DNA of 64,000 nucleotides, from positions 525,980 through 589,979 of the forward strand of contig NZ_JMCB01000008.1 of NCBI RefSeq assembly GCF_000737315.1, given 5' to 3'. Below the pieces are notes generated by a model. The model was not told the DNA's origin, ran no database searches, and was given only the letters and a program-made list of their open reading frames with translations. Numbering within the stretch: the first letter of the stretch is position 1; each line of letters starts with the position of its first letter. This DNA is from Hyalangium minutum. GTDB lineage: Bacteria; Myxococcota; Myxococcia; Myxococcales; Myxococcaceae. Positions 28,962-37,890 of the stretch are shown here, one piece after another. The position numbers and the translations under genes are program-made.

Positions 28962-28993
28962 CGAATAGGAAACGGGTTGAGGGTGAGGGCTGG
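28962..28993 (-). mobile_element. IS91-like terminus remnant
   Basis: CGAATAGGAAACGGGTTGAGGGTGAGGGCTGG shares TGAGGGTGAGGGCTGG with 32146 and its start with 24013. Confidence 0.5.
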
Positions 28994-29252
28994 AGGCGTG
29001 CTCGAATCGTAGTGTTGCCACCGCAGGCCGGCCGCTTCGCCGAGCTGGTGCTCAGTGAGGATGCAGGGGGGAGGTTGCCACGAGATCCGCGAGGTGCGCA
29101 TCCCGGAAGAGCGCCTTGGTGAGCCGCGCCTCCCTCTCCTTCGTGAGGGGGCCGGGGAGAGGGGGAGCGCGCACCTCCTCCTCTCCTCATGGCAGAGGGG
29201 TGGGCGCTGGCCCCCGGCGTGGCCAATGTTGTGGCGAAAGAGGATTCTCCCC

Positions 29253-29825
29253 ATGGCCACACTCGCTCCTCCTCCTCCAGCTTCGGGCGTCCTTGCGCAC
29301 GGTCTGCCAGCCGGTACGCTCGCACCCGAGCTGGACCTTCTATCCACCCCTGATGGGCGACGGGTCAAGCTCTCGGACCAGAAGGGCTCCCCCGCCGTCC
29401 TCGTCTTCTACCCGGGGGACTTCACCCCTGTCTGCACCAACGAGCTGGGGCTCTTCAACGAGCTGATGCCCGTGTTCGGCCAGTTCGGCGCGAAGGTGTT
29501 CGGCATCTCGTGCGACTCCCTCTGGAGCCACATCGCCTTCGCCAAGGAGCTCCACATCCAGATTCCGCTCCTCTCCGACTTCCATCCGAAGGGAGAGGTC
29601 TCGCGCCGCTACAACATCTACCGGGAGGACGTCGGCATCTGCGAGCGGGCGCTCTACGTTATCGACGGCAAGGGCGTCATCTACTGGAGCTACGTCTCGC
29701 CCATCGAGCTCAACCCCGGCGCGGACGGCGTCATCGACGCGCTCGAGCGGCTGACCGGCAAGCAGATGGAGTTCCCCACCTTCCAGCCACAGCAGCAGCC
29801 ACTTCAGCCGGAGGCCCGGCCATGA
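29253..29825 (+). CDS. Peroxiredoxin (AhpC/TSA family)
   Basis: VFYPGDFTPVCTNE peroxidatic motif. Confidence 0.9.
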   Translation: MATLAPPPPASGVLAHGLPAGTLAPELDLLSTPDGRRVKLSDQKGSPAVLVFYPGDFTPVCTNELGLFNELMPVFGQFGAKVFGISCDSLWSHIAFAKELHIQIPLLSDFHPKGEVSRRYNIYREDVGICERALYVIDGKGVIYWSYVSPIELNPGADGVIDALERLTGKQMEFPTFQPQQQPLQPEARP

Positions 29826-30424
29826 GCAGACTTCGTAGAGGCGTGGACGCCAATGACTGGGCGCGGGGGCCGGCCGATGCCCCCGTCACCCTCCTGGAGT
29901 ACGGCGACTTCGAGTGTCCCTTCTGTGGGCGCGCCTTCTGGGAGCTGAAGCGGCTTGAGAGCGCTGTCGGAGATCGGGTCCGCTTCGTCTCCCGCCACTT
30001 CCCCCTCACCCAGCTCCACCCGCACGCGCTGCTGGCCGCGGAGGCCGCGGAGACCGCCGGCGCGCAGGGAAAGTTCTGGGAGATGCACGACATGCTCTTC
30101 CAGAACCAGCAGAACCTGGAGGCTCCCGCGCTGCTGACGTACGCGGCCGACCTGGGGCTCGACATGGGCCGCTTCACTCGCGACCTCCAGGAGCACCGCT
30201 GCCTGCCGAAGGTCCAGCGCGACTTCATCGAGGGCGTGCGCAGTGGCGTGAACGGTACCCCGACCTTTTTCATCAACGGGGAGCGCCACAACGGCGCCTA
30301 CACGGCCGAAGCGCTGCTCGCCGCCATCGAGCAGCGGATGGGGCCCGACATCGAGCCGATGACGGGGCTTCCCTGGGAAGGCGGTCGCGTGCCGCGCATG
30401 GGCCGGCCCCATTCGCGCATGTAG
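29822..30424 (+). CDS. DsbA-like thioredoxin-fold protein
   Basis: YGDFECPFCG CxxC and GVNGTPTFFING cis-Pro loop; ATGA overlap with the peroxiredoxin gene. Confidence 0.9.
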   Translation: MSRLRRGVDANDWARGPADAPVTLLEYGDFECPFCGRAFWELKRLESAVGDRVRFVSRHFPLTQLHPHALLAAEAAETAGAQGKFWEMHDMLFQNQQNLEAPALLTYAADLGLDMGRFTRDLQEHRCLPKVQRDFIEGVRSGVNGTPTFFINGERHNGAYTAEALLAAIEQRMGPDIEPMTGLPWEGGRVPRMGRPHSRM

Positions 30425-30724
30425 GGGGCGCAGGGGCCCCGTGACGGCATCGCAACGAGAGTCCTCGGGGGCGAGCGCGAGCGTGAAGCGCGCGGACCAG
30501 CGGTACATGGGCCGCGGCTCCCCGCCGCACGACGGCCCCGACGACGGGACGCTGCCCATCCTCCTGCACGAGTCCGCAGGCAGCAGACACCAGGGCAGGC
30601 CCTGCAGTGCGTCGGTCCCCCTCCCGCCGCGCGTCCGGCTCCCTCTGTGAGGCGGGTTGTCATGACGTGCGTTCCTGCCAAGGCTTGTCGAGGACTACTG
30701 CAATGCCATGCACAGGGAGACACC

Positions 30725-31867
30725 ATGAAGGCACTCGTCTACGAGGGACCGCGCAAGGTCAGTGTGAAAGAAGTGCCGGACGCGAAGATTGAGCGGCCCA
30801 CCGATGTAGTGGTGCGCATTCGCAGTACCAACATCTGCGGCTCCGACCTGCACATGTACGAAGGCCGCACCGACATGGAGTCGGGCCGGGTGCTCGGGCA
30901 CGAGAACCTCGGAGAGGTGGTCGAGGTCGGCTCGGCGGTGGACAAGCTGAAGGTGGGCGACTGGGTGGCCGTTCCCTTCAACGTCAGCTGTGGCCACTGC
31001 GAGAACTGCGAGCACGGCCTGACCGCCTTCTGCCTCAACGCCAACCCGTCGGGGACGGCCGGCGCCGCCTACGGCTTCGCAGACATGGGGCCCTACAATG
31101 GCGGGCAGGCCGAGTACCTGCGCGTGCCCTGGGCCGACTTCAACTGCCTGCGGCTGCCAGAGGACGCCGAGGAGAAGCAGCTCGACTACGTGATGCTCGC
31201 CGACATCTTCCCCACCGGCTACCACGTCACCGAGCTCGCCGGGCTCATGCCGGGCGAATCCGTCGTCATCTTCGGTGGAGGGCCCGTGGGACAGATGGCC
31301 GCGCTCTCCGCCACCATCAAGAGCGCGAGCAAGGTGATGGTCGTCGACTGCCATCCGGACCGGCTCGCTCTTGCCGAGAAGATTGGCGCCATCCCCATCG
31401 ACTACTCGAAGGTGGACCCCGTCGAGCGGGTGAAGGAGCTCACCCACGGCAAGGGCGCCGACCGCGGCTGCGAGTGCGTGGGCTACCAGGCGCACGACCC
31501 GCAGGGGAGGGAGCACCCCAACCTGACGATGAACAACCTGGTGAAGGCGGTGAAGTTCACCGGCGGCATCGGCGTGGTGGGCGTCTTCATCCCCAATGAC
31601 CCCGGCGGCCCGGACCCCCTGGCCAGGCAGGGTGAAATCGTCTTCGACTGGGGCATGCTCTGGTTCAAGGGGCAGCGCGTGGCGACCGGCCAGTGCAACG
31701 TGAAGGCCTACAACCGCCAGCTGCGCGAGCTCATCCACCTGGACAAGGTGAAGCCCTCGTGGATCGTCTCGCACACGCTCCCGCTCGACAAGGCGCCGGA
31801 CGGCTACCTGCACTTCGACAAGCGCGACAGGGGATGGACCAAGGTCGTCCTGCAGCCGGCCGCATGA
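30725..31867 (+). CDS. Glutathione-independent formaldehyde dehydrogenase-like Zn-dependent dehydrogenase
   Basis: ICGSDLHMYEGRT, GHENLGEV, CGHCENC..C, GGQAEYLRVPWADFN, DIFPTG. Confidence 0.9.
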   Translation: MKALVYEGPRKVSVKEVPDAKIERPTDVVVRIRSTNICGSDLHMYEGRTDMESGRVLGHENLGEVVEVGSAVDKLKVGDWVAVPFNVSCGHCENCEHGLTAFCLNANPSGTAGAAYGFADMGPYNGGQAEYLRVPWADFNCLRLPEDAEEKQLDYVMLADIFPTGYHVTELAGLMPGESVVIFGGGPVGQMAALSATIKSASKVMVVDCHPDRLALAEKIGAIPIDYSKVDPVERVKELTHGKGADRGCECVGYQAHDPQGREHPNLTMNNLVKAVKFTGGIGVVGVFIPNDPGGPDPLARQGEIVFDWGMLWFKGQRVATGQCNVKAYNRQLRELIHLDKVKPSWIVSHTLPLDKAPDGYLHFDKRDRGWTKVVLQPAA

Positions 31868-32124
31868 GCCGGCGCTAAGGCGAGGGAAGGAAGGGGCCGC
31901 TTGATGGGCCCCCAGGGCCTCGCGAACCGCGCGTTCGGCGACCAGCCCGACGAGCCGCTTCTAGGCGGGATAGAAGCCATGTTGAGGGTGGAGCGCACCC
32001 CAGTGGGGGCCTTACTTCTGCCGGGGCGCTGAACGCCAAGGGCTGCGGGGCCGCCATCCTGGCGGGCTTCTACCGAGCCAGCATGCGAGCCTGGACACGC
32101 GCTGGCTCTACAGATTCCAGGTTC

Positions 32125-32628
32125 TAAGACAGATAGGAGCTGTGCTGAGGGTGAGGGCTGGTGCAGAGGGGCCGAGGAGGGCCGAGGACGACCGCAGAGG
32201 GGGACATGTGGGCTGTGTGCCAAGCCGGTGGAGAGGCCGCGCAGCCACTTTGAGGTACACGCCTACCCCAGCCGCCTTCCCAGGAGGGGCGCGGCAGGTG
32301 CCTGGCTCTCTTGGCTGGCTGGGGCGGCTTGAGCTTCAACACCACGCGCTCTGGGGCGGCCCTCGCGCAGGGGCCAGGTGCTCACTCGCCGGGGGCAACC
32401 CCAGGTGCTCCACTATCGCTCTCACCCCTCCTGCTCCCTTCACAGACGCCAACACCCTTAAGCCTGCCTCCACACCTCAAGCACGCCAACACTTCCAGGG
32501 CGAACCTCCTTTTCAGCAACCCGGCCCAGTTCAAACGGGGTGTGCGCTCCTTCCTCGGCTCCTCCCCCGTCGCGGCAAAGGCGGGGCTCTCTTCCGTAAG
32601 CCCCGGCTCCGCCCCTGCTTGAGGGAGC
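32125..32628 (-). mobile_element. IS91-like terminus plus transposase 3' remnant
   Basis: PRKERTPRLNWAGLLKRRFALEVLACLRCGGRL; terminus TAAGACAGATAGGAGCTGTG and internal GGTACACGCCT..AGCCGCC.TCCCA shared with 20890-21040. Confidence 0.75.
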
Positions 32629-32902
32629 GCCTCGGGCGACAGGTGCGCGTACTTCATTATCGAACGGCGGCTATTTTTAGGTGCGCCGTAGAGTGCTTCC
32701 GCAGCCGACCCGGGCAGGTCCACGCTCCTTTCTCGTCCCCTTGGGCAGCCCCCACGCCACACCAAGCCGTCCGGCGCACGTTGATCAGGCGCCCGGATTC
32801 CTCACGGGATTAGACGGCGCCATCTTGCCAACCCAACAGTGCCTTGATGCCCTAGAAAAGCATCAGCTACTCAATAGACCATAGGGCGGGTATATTGCTC
32901 TT

Positions 32903-35089
32903 ATGATCCATGTGGACCGCAGTCGCGTCTCTCCTCCACCGAAGTTTTTCGCGGCGGCTCAATCTCTTCTCGATAAGTCACGGCTTTTTTTCAACAATCC
33001 AGATAGCCTCAGGAGCCAAAGCCGCCCCGCCATCTTCGGCCAATTCGTCAACCTAAAGAATGTGGTGCGACCTGCTCTAATCGAACTATTCCACGGCAAG
33101 TGCGCCTATTGTGAATCGAGTGTCGCAGCCACAGGAAGTACCGCAGTGGATCACTTTCGTCCGAGGATGGATGCTGCAAACCTTGATAGGAAGATTTCGC
33201 CCATCCACTATTGGTGGCTGATGGCCACTTGGGACAATCTCTATCTGGCATGCCTTGAGTGCAATCGATACAAGCGCAACCTTTTTCCGGTGCGCCACCA
33301 ACGGGCTGTTCCCGAGAGCTTTGGACAAGCACTTGAGTCAGAAGGCCGGTTGCTTATCGATCCTTGCAACGACGAGCCCGAACAATCCTTCGCCTTTCAG
33401 CCCAATGGTCAAGTAGAGCCTCTTGATGAACACGCCAAGGTAACCATTGAAGTGCTGCAGCTCAATCGCCCTAGTCTTGTCCACATGAGACGGGATCATT
33501 ATGCTCGCATCACACAGGAACTCGGCCTCTGGATATCTAGCCAGAGGCAGACAAGCGTGTCAGGCGATGATCGGCTTGAGGCTGGACTTCGAGATAGGCT
33601 TTTAAGCTATACGCACAGCAGCGCTCCCTATGCAGCCGTTGCGCGGCAGGCACTTAGGCACGTTCTCCATCGCCTGCGAGGAGATGCTCTCCATACGGAA
33701 GTCCCTCCGGCACAGAAGAAAATCAGGCGAGGGCATCAAATCCCTCGAAAGCTGGAAAAAGCAGCTGAATCGCTCCGAACAGGGTGGATCTCGCGAATAG
33801 AAATAGAGAACTTCCGCGGCATCGACTCCCTTGCACTTGACTTTCCTCGTCTAGAGCATCGAGATTTCCTTGTAGACGACGAGATGACAGCAATAGCTTC
33901 GCCTAGCGAGACAGAAGACCCTGACATACGCCGCGAACCATGGCTGATGCTAATTGGCCCGAACGGTGTCGGGAAGAGCAGTGTCCTCAAAGCGGTCGCT
34001 CTAGCCCTCGTAGATGAGCCAACTCGAAACCGTCTCATTCCTGATGCCTCTTCAGTGCTCAACCAGCGCTCGCGCAGTTCCACCGGTGTCGTATTTGTGC
34101 GCTTTGACAATGGTGAGTCCGTCAGAATTTCTTTCAGTCGACGGTCTCGTACATTTCGGCAGCAAGGAGGCAGAGCACACTCTCCATTGCTTGCTTATGG
34201 TTCAACCAGGCTCCTCTCGCCGGGCACTGCACGTCTCGAACGACCGCGTAGCGTGCGCGTTGATAATCTTTTCCACCCAAGAACTCTGCTCGGCGATGCA
34301 GAGAAGTGGCTTGCCGATACTAGCCAACTCTTAGATAGCGGCTTTGACCTTCTGGCCCGCTCACTCAAAGATCTCCTCTCTCTAGATGATGAGGACCGCG
34401 TCATCCGTCAGAATGGCCGCCTGCTCATAGAGATGTCGGGTTCCCGGATTCCTCTGCACGAACTGAGCGATGGCTACCAGTCCATTGTTGCACTAGCCAC
34501 TCATATCATGGTGAACCTCTCACGAGGCGGCTTTGCACTGGAGCATGTAGCAGGAACGGTACTACTTGATGAACTTGAGGTTCACCTCCACCCAACTTGG
34601 AAAATACGTATTGTGCGCAGTTTAAGGCGAGTTTTTCCTCGGGTCCGATTCATTACAACTACTCATGATCCGCTTTGTCTAAGAGGCTTGGAATCAGGCG
34701 AGGTCTACCACCTTGATCGGGAACCAGAGTCGAAAAGGGTGCGAGCCATTCAATTGGACGTGCCGCCTGGCTTGCGTGTGGATCAACTCCTGACTGGCCA
34801 ATGGTTCGGTTTGAGTTCAACTCTCGATGCAGACACGTTGGCTCTTATGGAGAAACACCAGAGCCTACTCGCGCGACGAAGACTCAGCGCAACGGAGCAA
34901 CTCCAACTTGAGCAATTGAGCAACGAACTGCAAAGTCGCCTTAGCACTTTTGCCGATACATCTCTTGACCGCATGGCGCTGAGCGTCGCAGCACAACTCA
35001 TGGCCAGCACATCAACTCCGCTGACCCCAGATGAACGAACAAGGCTTCGTGAAGGAATTCGTCAAGCTCTGTCGGAAAAGGCTCCTTGA
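32903..35089 (+). CDS. HNH nuclease (PtuB/TIGR02646-like) fused to ABC-type ATPase (PtuA-like)
   Basis: N-term KCAYCE..VDHFRP..WDNLYLACLECN..LLIDPC..LQLNR; C-term ISRIEIENFRG, GPNGVGKS, LSDGY, LLDELEVHLHP, TTHDP. Confidence 0.85.
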   Translation: MIHVDRSRVSPPPKFFAAAQSLLDKSRLFFNNPDSLRSQSRPAIFGQFVNLKNVVRPALIELFHGKCAYCESSVAATGSTAVDHFRPRMDAANLDRKISPIHYWWLMATWDNLYLACLECNRYKRNLFPVRHQRAVPESFGQALESEGRLLIDPCNDEPEQSFAFQPNGQVEPLDEHAKVTIEVLQLNRPSLVHMRRDHYARITQELGLWISSQRQTSVSGDDRLEAGLRDRLLSYTHSSAPYAAVARQALRHVLHRLRGDALHTEVPPAQKKIRRGHQIPRKLEKAAESLRTGWISRIEIENFRGIDSLALDFPRLEHRDFLVDDEMTAIASPSETEDPDIRREPWLMLIGPNGVGKSSVLKAVALALVDEPTRNRLIPDASSVLNQRSRSSTGVVFVRFDNGESVRISFSRRSRTFRQQGGRAHSPLLAYGSTRLLSPGTARLERPRSVRVDNLFHPRTLLGDAEKWLADTSQLLDSGFDLLARSLKDLLSLDDEDRVIRQNGRLLIEMSGSRIPLHELSDGYQSIVALATHIMVNLSRGGFALEHVAGTVLLDELEVHLHPTWKIRIVRSLRRVFPRVRFITTTHDPLCLRGLESGEVYHLDREPESKRVRAIQLDVPPGLRVDQLLTGQWFGLSSTLDADTLALMEKHQSLLARRRLSATEQLQLEQLSNELQSRLSTFADTSLDRMALSVAAQLMASTSTPLTPDERTRLREGIRQALSEKAP

Positions 35090-35092
35090 GTC

Positions 35093-35923
35093 ATGGACCG
35101 CTTCCCGCGTCCCTCTAAGCCAAGAGGTTTTGATGCTTCGGTCAAGGCACACAAGGATCGAGTTCAATCTCACTTCAAGAAAAAGAAGCCGGGCAAATGG
35201 AAGTTTGAGGATATTTGGAGCAAGTACAAGCGGAACATCGCAGTCGCCTCACATGGAAAATGTGGCTACTGTGAAGTACGCGTTACTGGCTCCCAACATG
35301 GAGACGTCGATCACTTCTACCCTAAGGGAGAAGTGTGGGCACTCCATGATGACCGTACCAAATGGGGTCAAGAGATTCCTGGGCTATCTAAAGTCAAAGG
35401 GAGAAAAAAGAAGCTCCTTTCGCGCAGAGGCTACTGGTGGCTAGTCTACGAATGGAAGAACTACGTACTGGCATGCCTTGTGTGTAATCAGCAATGGAAA
35501 CTCTCGTTCTTTCCGGTACGTGCCAAGCGCCGCAAACTTCCTCCTTTGCCGCGTAGTAAAGAGAAACCCCTACTGCTAAACCCTTTCTTTGGTCCAGATC
35601 CAGTGAGGCACCTTCAATTCATCATTACAGGTGCAATCATTCCCTATAAAGGTAGCCGTTACGGTTTCGAGACTATCAGAACATGCGGGCTAGATCGCCC
35701 CAGTCTTACTCTCGATAGACATGAAAAAGCACAACGGGCCTACTATCTCCTCAAGAAGTTGACGACGTGTTTGCCGACGACTCCCGAGTATGACCTCACG
35801 CTCAAAGACTTTTTCCTTATGGGAAGAAAGGAAAATGTTCACTCTGGAATGATCCGCGCCATCTTTGAACAGGAGACTGCTATGAAGTGGAAGCAGCTTG
35901 AGAAACGGTTCGCTATCCCCTAG
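35093..35923 (+). CDS. HNH nuclease (PtuB/TIGR02646-like)
   Basis: KCGYCE..DVDHFYPK..YWWLVYEWKNYVLACLVCN..LLLNP..GLDRPSL; 3 bp after the ATPase stop; AT-rich. Confidence 0.85.
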   Translation: MDRFPRPSKPRGFDASVKAHKDRVQSHFKKKKPGKWKFEDIWSKYKRNIAVASHGKCGYCEVRVTGSQHGDVDHFYPKGEVWALHDDRTKWGQEIPGLSKVKGRKKKLLSRRGYWWLVYEWKNYVLACLVCNQQWKLSFFPVRAKRRKLPPLPRSKEKPLLLNPFFGPDPVRHLQFIITGAIIPYKGSRYGFETIRTCGLDRPSLTLDRHEKAQRAYYLLKKLTTCLPTTPEYDLTLKDFFLMGRKENVHSGMIRAIFEQETAMKWKQLEKRFAIP

Positions 35924-36157
35924 CACCTACCCTGGGGTGCGGTTGCCACGATAGGCGAGGCAGATCTTAACAGGTGTAAGTGGTGGCCCTTATGCTGGAG
36001 CAATTGACGCAGGCCGTTATCAGGCCTTCCACGAAGAAAAGCCTGATGCACAAACAGATTGCTCGCCAGTTGGGCATTTGAGAGATCATCGTCAACGCAT
36101 AGACGGGATAAGTGGCCACGCACTCCCCGGACGCATGTGCCTCCAGTGTGCCTTGCT

Positions 36158-36182
36158 GAGGGTTCGATTCCCACCGCCTCCA
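36158..36182 (+). repeat. tmRNA 3'-end copy (att-like remnant 5)
   Basis: GAGGG-TTCGATT-CCCAC-CGCCTCC-A preceded by a very short arm relic GCATGTGCCTCCAGTGTGCC. Confidence 0.7.
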
Positions 36183-36344
36183 TTCTGAGAAGCCCAGCAA
36201 ACTTGATGATGGAGAAGCGGGCGTCCCGGCTCAGCCCACCTCGTCTCTGGAGGCGCTGGTCCACAGCGTCACGGAGTGAAAACCGGCCGACGGGGAATTC
36301 TCACGGAGTTGGGAGCGACGCGTGAGGGCCGTGCAGGGCTCAGT

Positions 36345-36398
36345 GCATAGGAAGGACAGGAGCCCTCTTGGGCGTAGCGGGCGGGAGCAGAGCGGGAG
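36345..36398 (-). mobile_element. IS91-like terminus copy
   Basis: GCATAGGAAGGACAGGAGC..TTG..CGGGCGGGAGCAGAGCGG aligns with 20887-20938. Confidence 0.7.
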
Positions 36399-36554
36399 GA
36401 TTGCCCCTGTTGGGCCGCATGTGCCCCCGGTGTAACCCTCCAGCGGGGAATGGAACGGGACGAGACGGGACGGAGCGGAGGAACGATCCACTGTGAGATC
36501 AAGGCATTAGCCGGTAACAGCGCGACCTGCTTGGGGTTTTGCTTCCGCCTTAAT
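36399..36554 (+). repeat. Shared att arm, full-length copy
   Basis: Near-identical to 18513-18668. Confidence 0.85.
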
Positions 36555-36578
36555 GCGGGTTCGATTCCCGCCGCCTCC
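36555..36578 (+). repeat. tmRNA 3'-end copy (att-like remnant 6)
   Basis: GCGGG-TTCGATT-CCCGC-CGCCTCC. Confidence 0.8.
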
Positions 36579-36700
36579 CTCCCGAGAGGCCTCGCAATCT
36601 CACCGGGTTGCTGGGCTTTCTCTTGGGCCTCGTGACTCCGGCGTCTCTGGCCGGAGCGGCGTGGAGCTGGGGCACGGTGTTCGACGCGGGCGCTTGATGC

Positions 36701-37312
36701 TCAGTACAGCGTCGCCTTCACCCGGCCGGGCAACTCGCGGTCGTACTCGCCGCCGTCGAAGTTATCCGGGCTCAGCGCCTCGAGGATGGAGCCGGGGCTT
36801 GGGAACTCGGCGCGGGTGACGTGCCGGGCCGGGTCCCAAAGCCTGGAGCGGACCAACGCGCGGCTGCATTGGAAGTAGACCGTCTCCACGGTGATGCGCA
36901 GCACGGAGCGCGGCGCCTTCCCATCGAAGGTGAAGCGCTCCAGCATGGACGGCTCGATGACGATGCTCGCCCGGCCGTTGACACGCAGGGTTTCGTTCAC
37001 GCCCGGGACGAAGAACAGCAGCGCGACGCGCGGATCCGCCAGGATGTTCCGCAGCGAGTCCATGCGGTTGTTGCCTCGGCGATCGGGCAGCAGCAGCGTG
37101 CGCGTGTCCTCGATGACCACGAACCCGGCGGGGTCTCCTCGCGGCGAGGCATCCAGCCCTCCAGGGCCGGACGTGGCGAGGACCATGAACGGCGATCGCT
37201 CGATGAAGGGCCGGTATGCGGGGTGGAGGTGGTCCACCTCCTTGAGCACGGACGACTTCCCGGGAACCCCGTACAGGCGTTCGAGCGTCTCCACATCGTT
37301 CACGGTCTTCAT
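36701..37312 (-). CDS. Pyridoxamine 5'-phosphate oxidase-like FMN-binding protein
   Basis: SPFMVLAT..DASPRGDPAGFV..LPDRRGNNRMDSLRNI..ETLRVNGRA..YFQCSRA. Confidence 0.9.
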   Translation of the reverse strand: MKTVNDVETLERLYGVPGKSSVLKEVDHLHPAYRPFIERSPFMVLATSGPGGLDASPRGDPAGFVVIEDTRTLLLPDRRGNNRMDSLRNILADPRVALLFFVPGVNETLRVNGRASIVIEPSMLERFTFDGKAPRSVLRITVETVYFQCSRALVRSRLWDPARHVTRAEFPSPGSILEALSPDNFDGGEYDRELPGRVKATLY

Positions 37313-37428
37313 CCGAGGGCGCCTCCTGGGTCCTTTTAGGCCTTTAAAATGGCCATGTCACACGCGGCATCGGCTGCGTCGTCCTGGGAATGGAAGGGCA
37401 CTTCGCCCCCCAGAACGAGGACCTGCAC

Positions 37429-37890
37429 ATGAAGCCCCGGATGAATGCCTTCGCGGTCGCGCCGGACGCCGTCAACCTCATGTTGGATTTCAGCAAGAAG
37501 GTGGAGGCCCTGGGGCTGGAGCCGAGCCTCCGCGAGCTCGTCAAGATCCGCTCGTCCCAGCTCAATGGCTGCGCCTTCTGCATCCACATGCACACCCGCG
37601 ACGCCCGCGCACATGGGGAGACCGAGGAGCGCATCTACCTTCTGGACGGCTGGCGTGAGTCGCCGCTGTACACCGACCGCGAGCGGGCGGCCCTGGGCTG
37701 GACCGAGGCCCTGACGCTCGTCTCCACGACACATGCCCCGGATGAGGACTACGCTGCGCTCAAGCCGCACTTCACCGAAGAGGAGATCGTGAAGCTGACC
37801 CTCATGATTGGTGTCATCAACTCCTGGAACCGGTTCGCCATCGGCTTCCGGTCCATCCACCCGGTGACCGCTCGCAGTGAAGCCGCCTGA
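37429..37890 (+). CDS. Carboxymuconolactone decarboxylase/AhpD family protein
   Basis: ELVKIRSSQLNGCAFCIHMH CxxC motif; WRES..ERAAL..INSWNR. Confidence 0.9.
   Translation: MKPRMNAFAVAPDAVNLMLDFSKKVEALGLEPSLRELVKIRSSQLNGCAFCIHMHTRDARAHGETEERIYLLDGWRESPLYTDRERAALGWTEALTLVSTTHAPDEDYAALKPHFTEEEIVKLTLMIGVINSWNRFAIGFRSIHPVTARSEAA

Noticed and set aside
36040-36105. LuxR-type HTH relic (LMHKQIARQLGI-stop-EIIVNA)
   Set aside because: About 20 residues with internal stops; too short to list as a feature
32640-36150. Retron associated with the Septu-like locus
   Set aside because: No reverse transcriptase (YADD-type) ORF and no convincing msr-msd inverted repeat in the window
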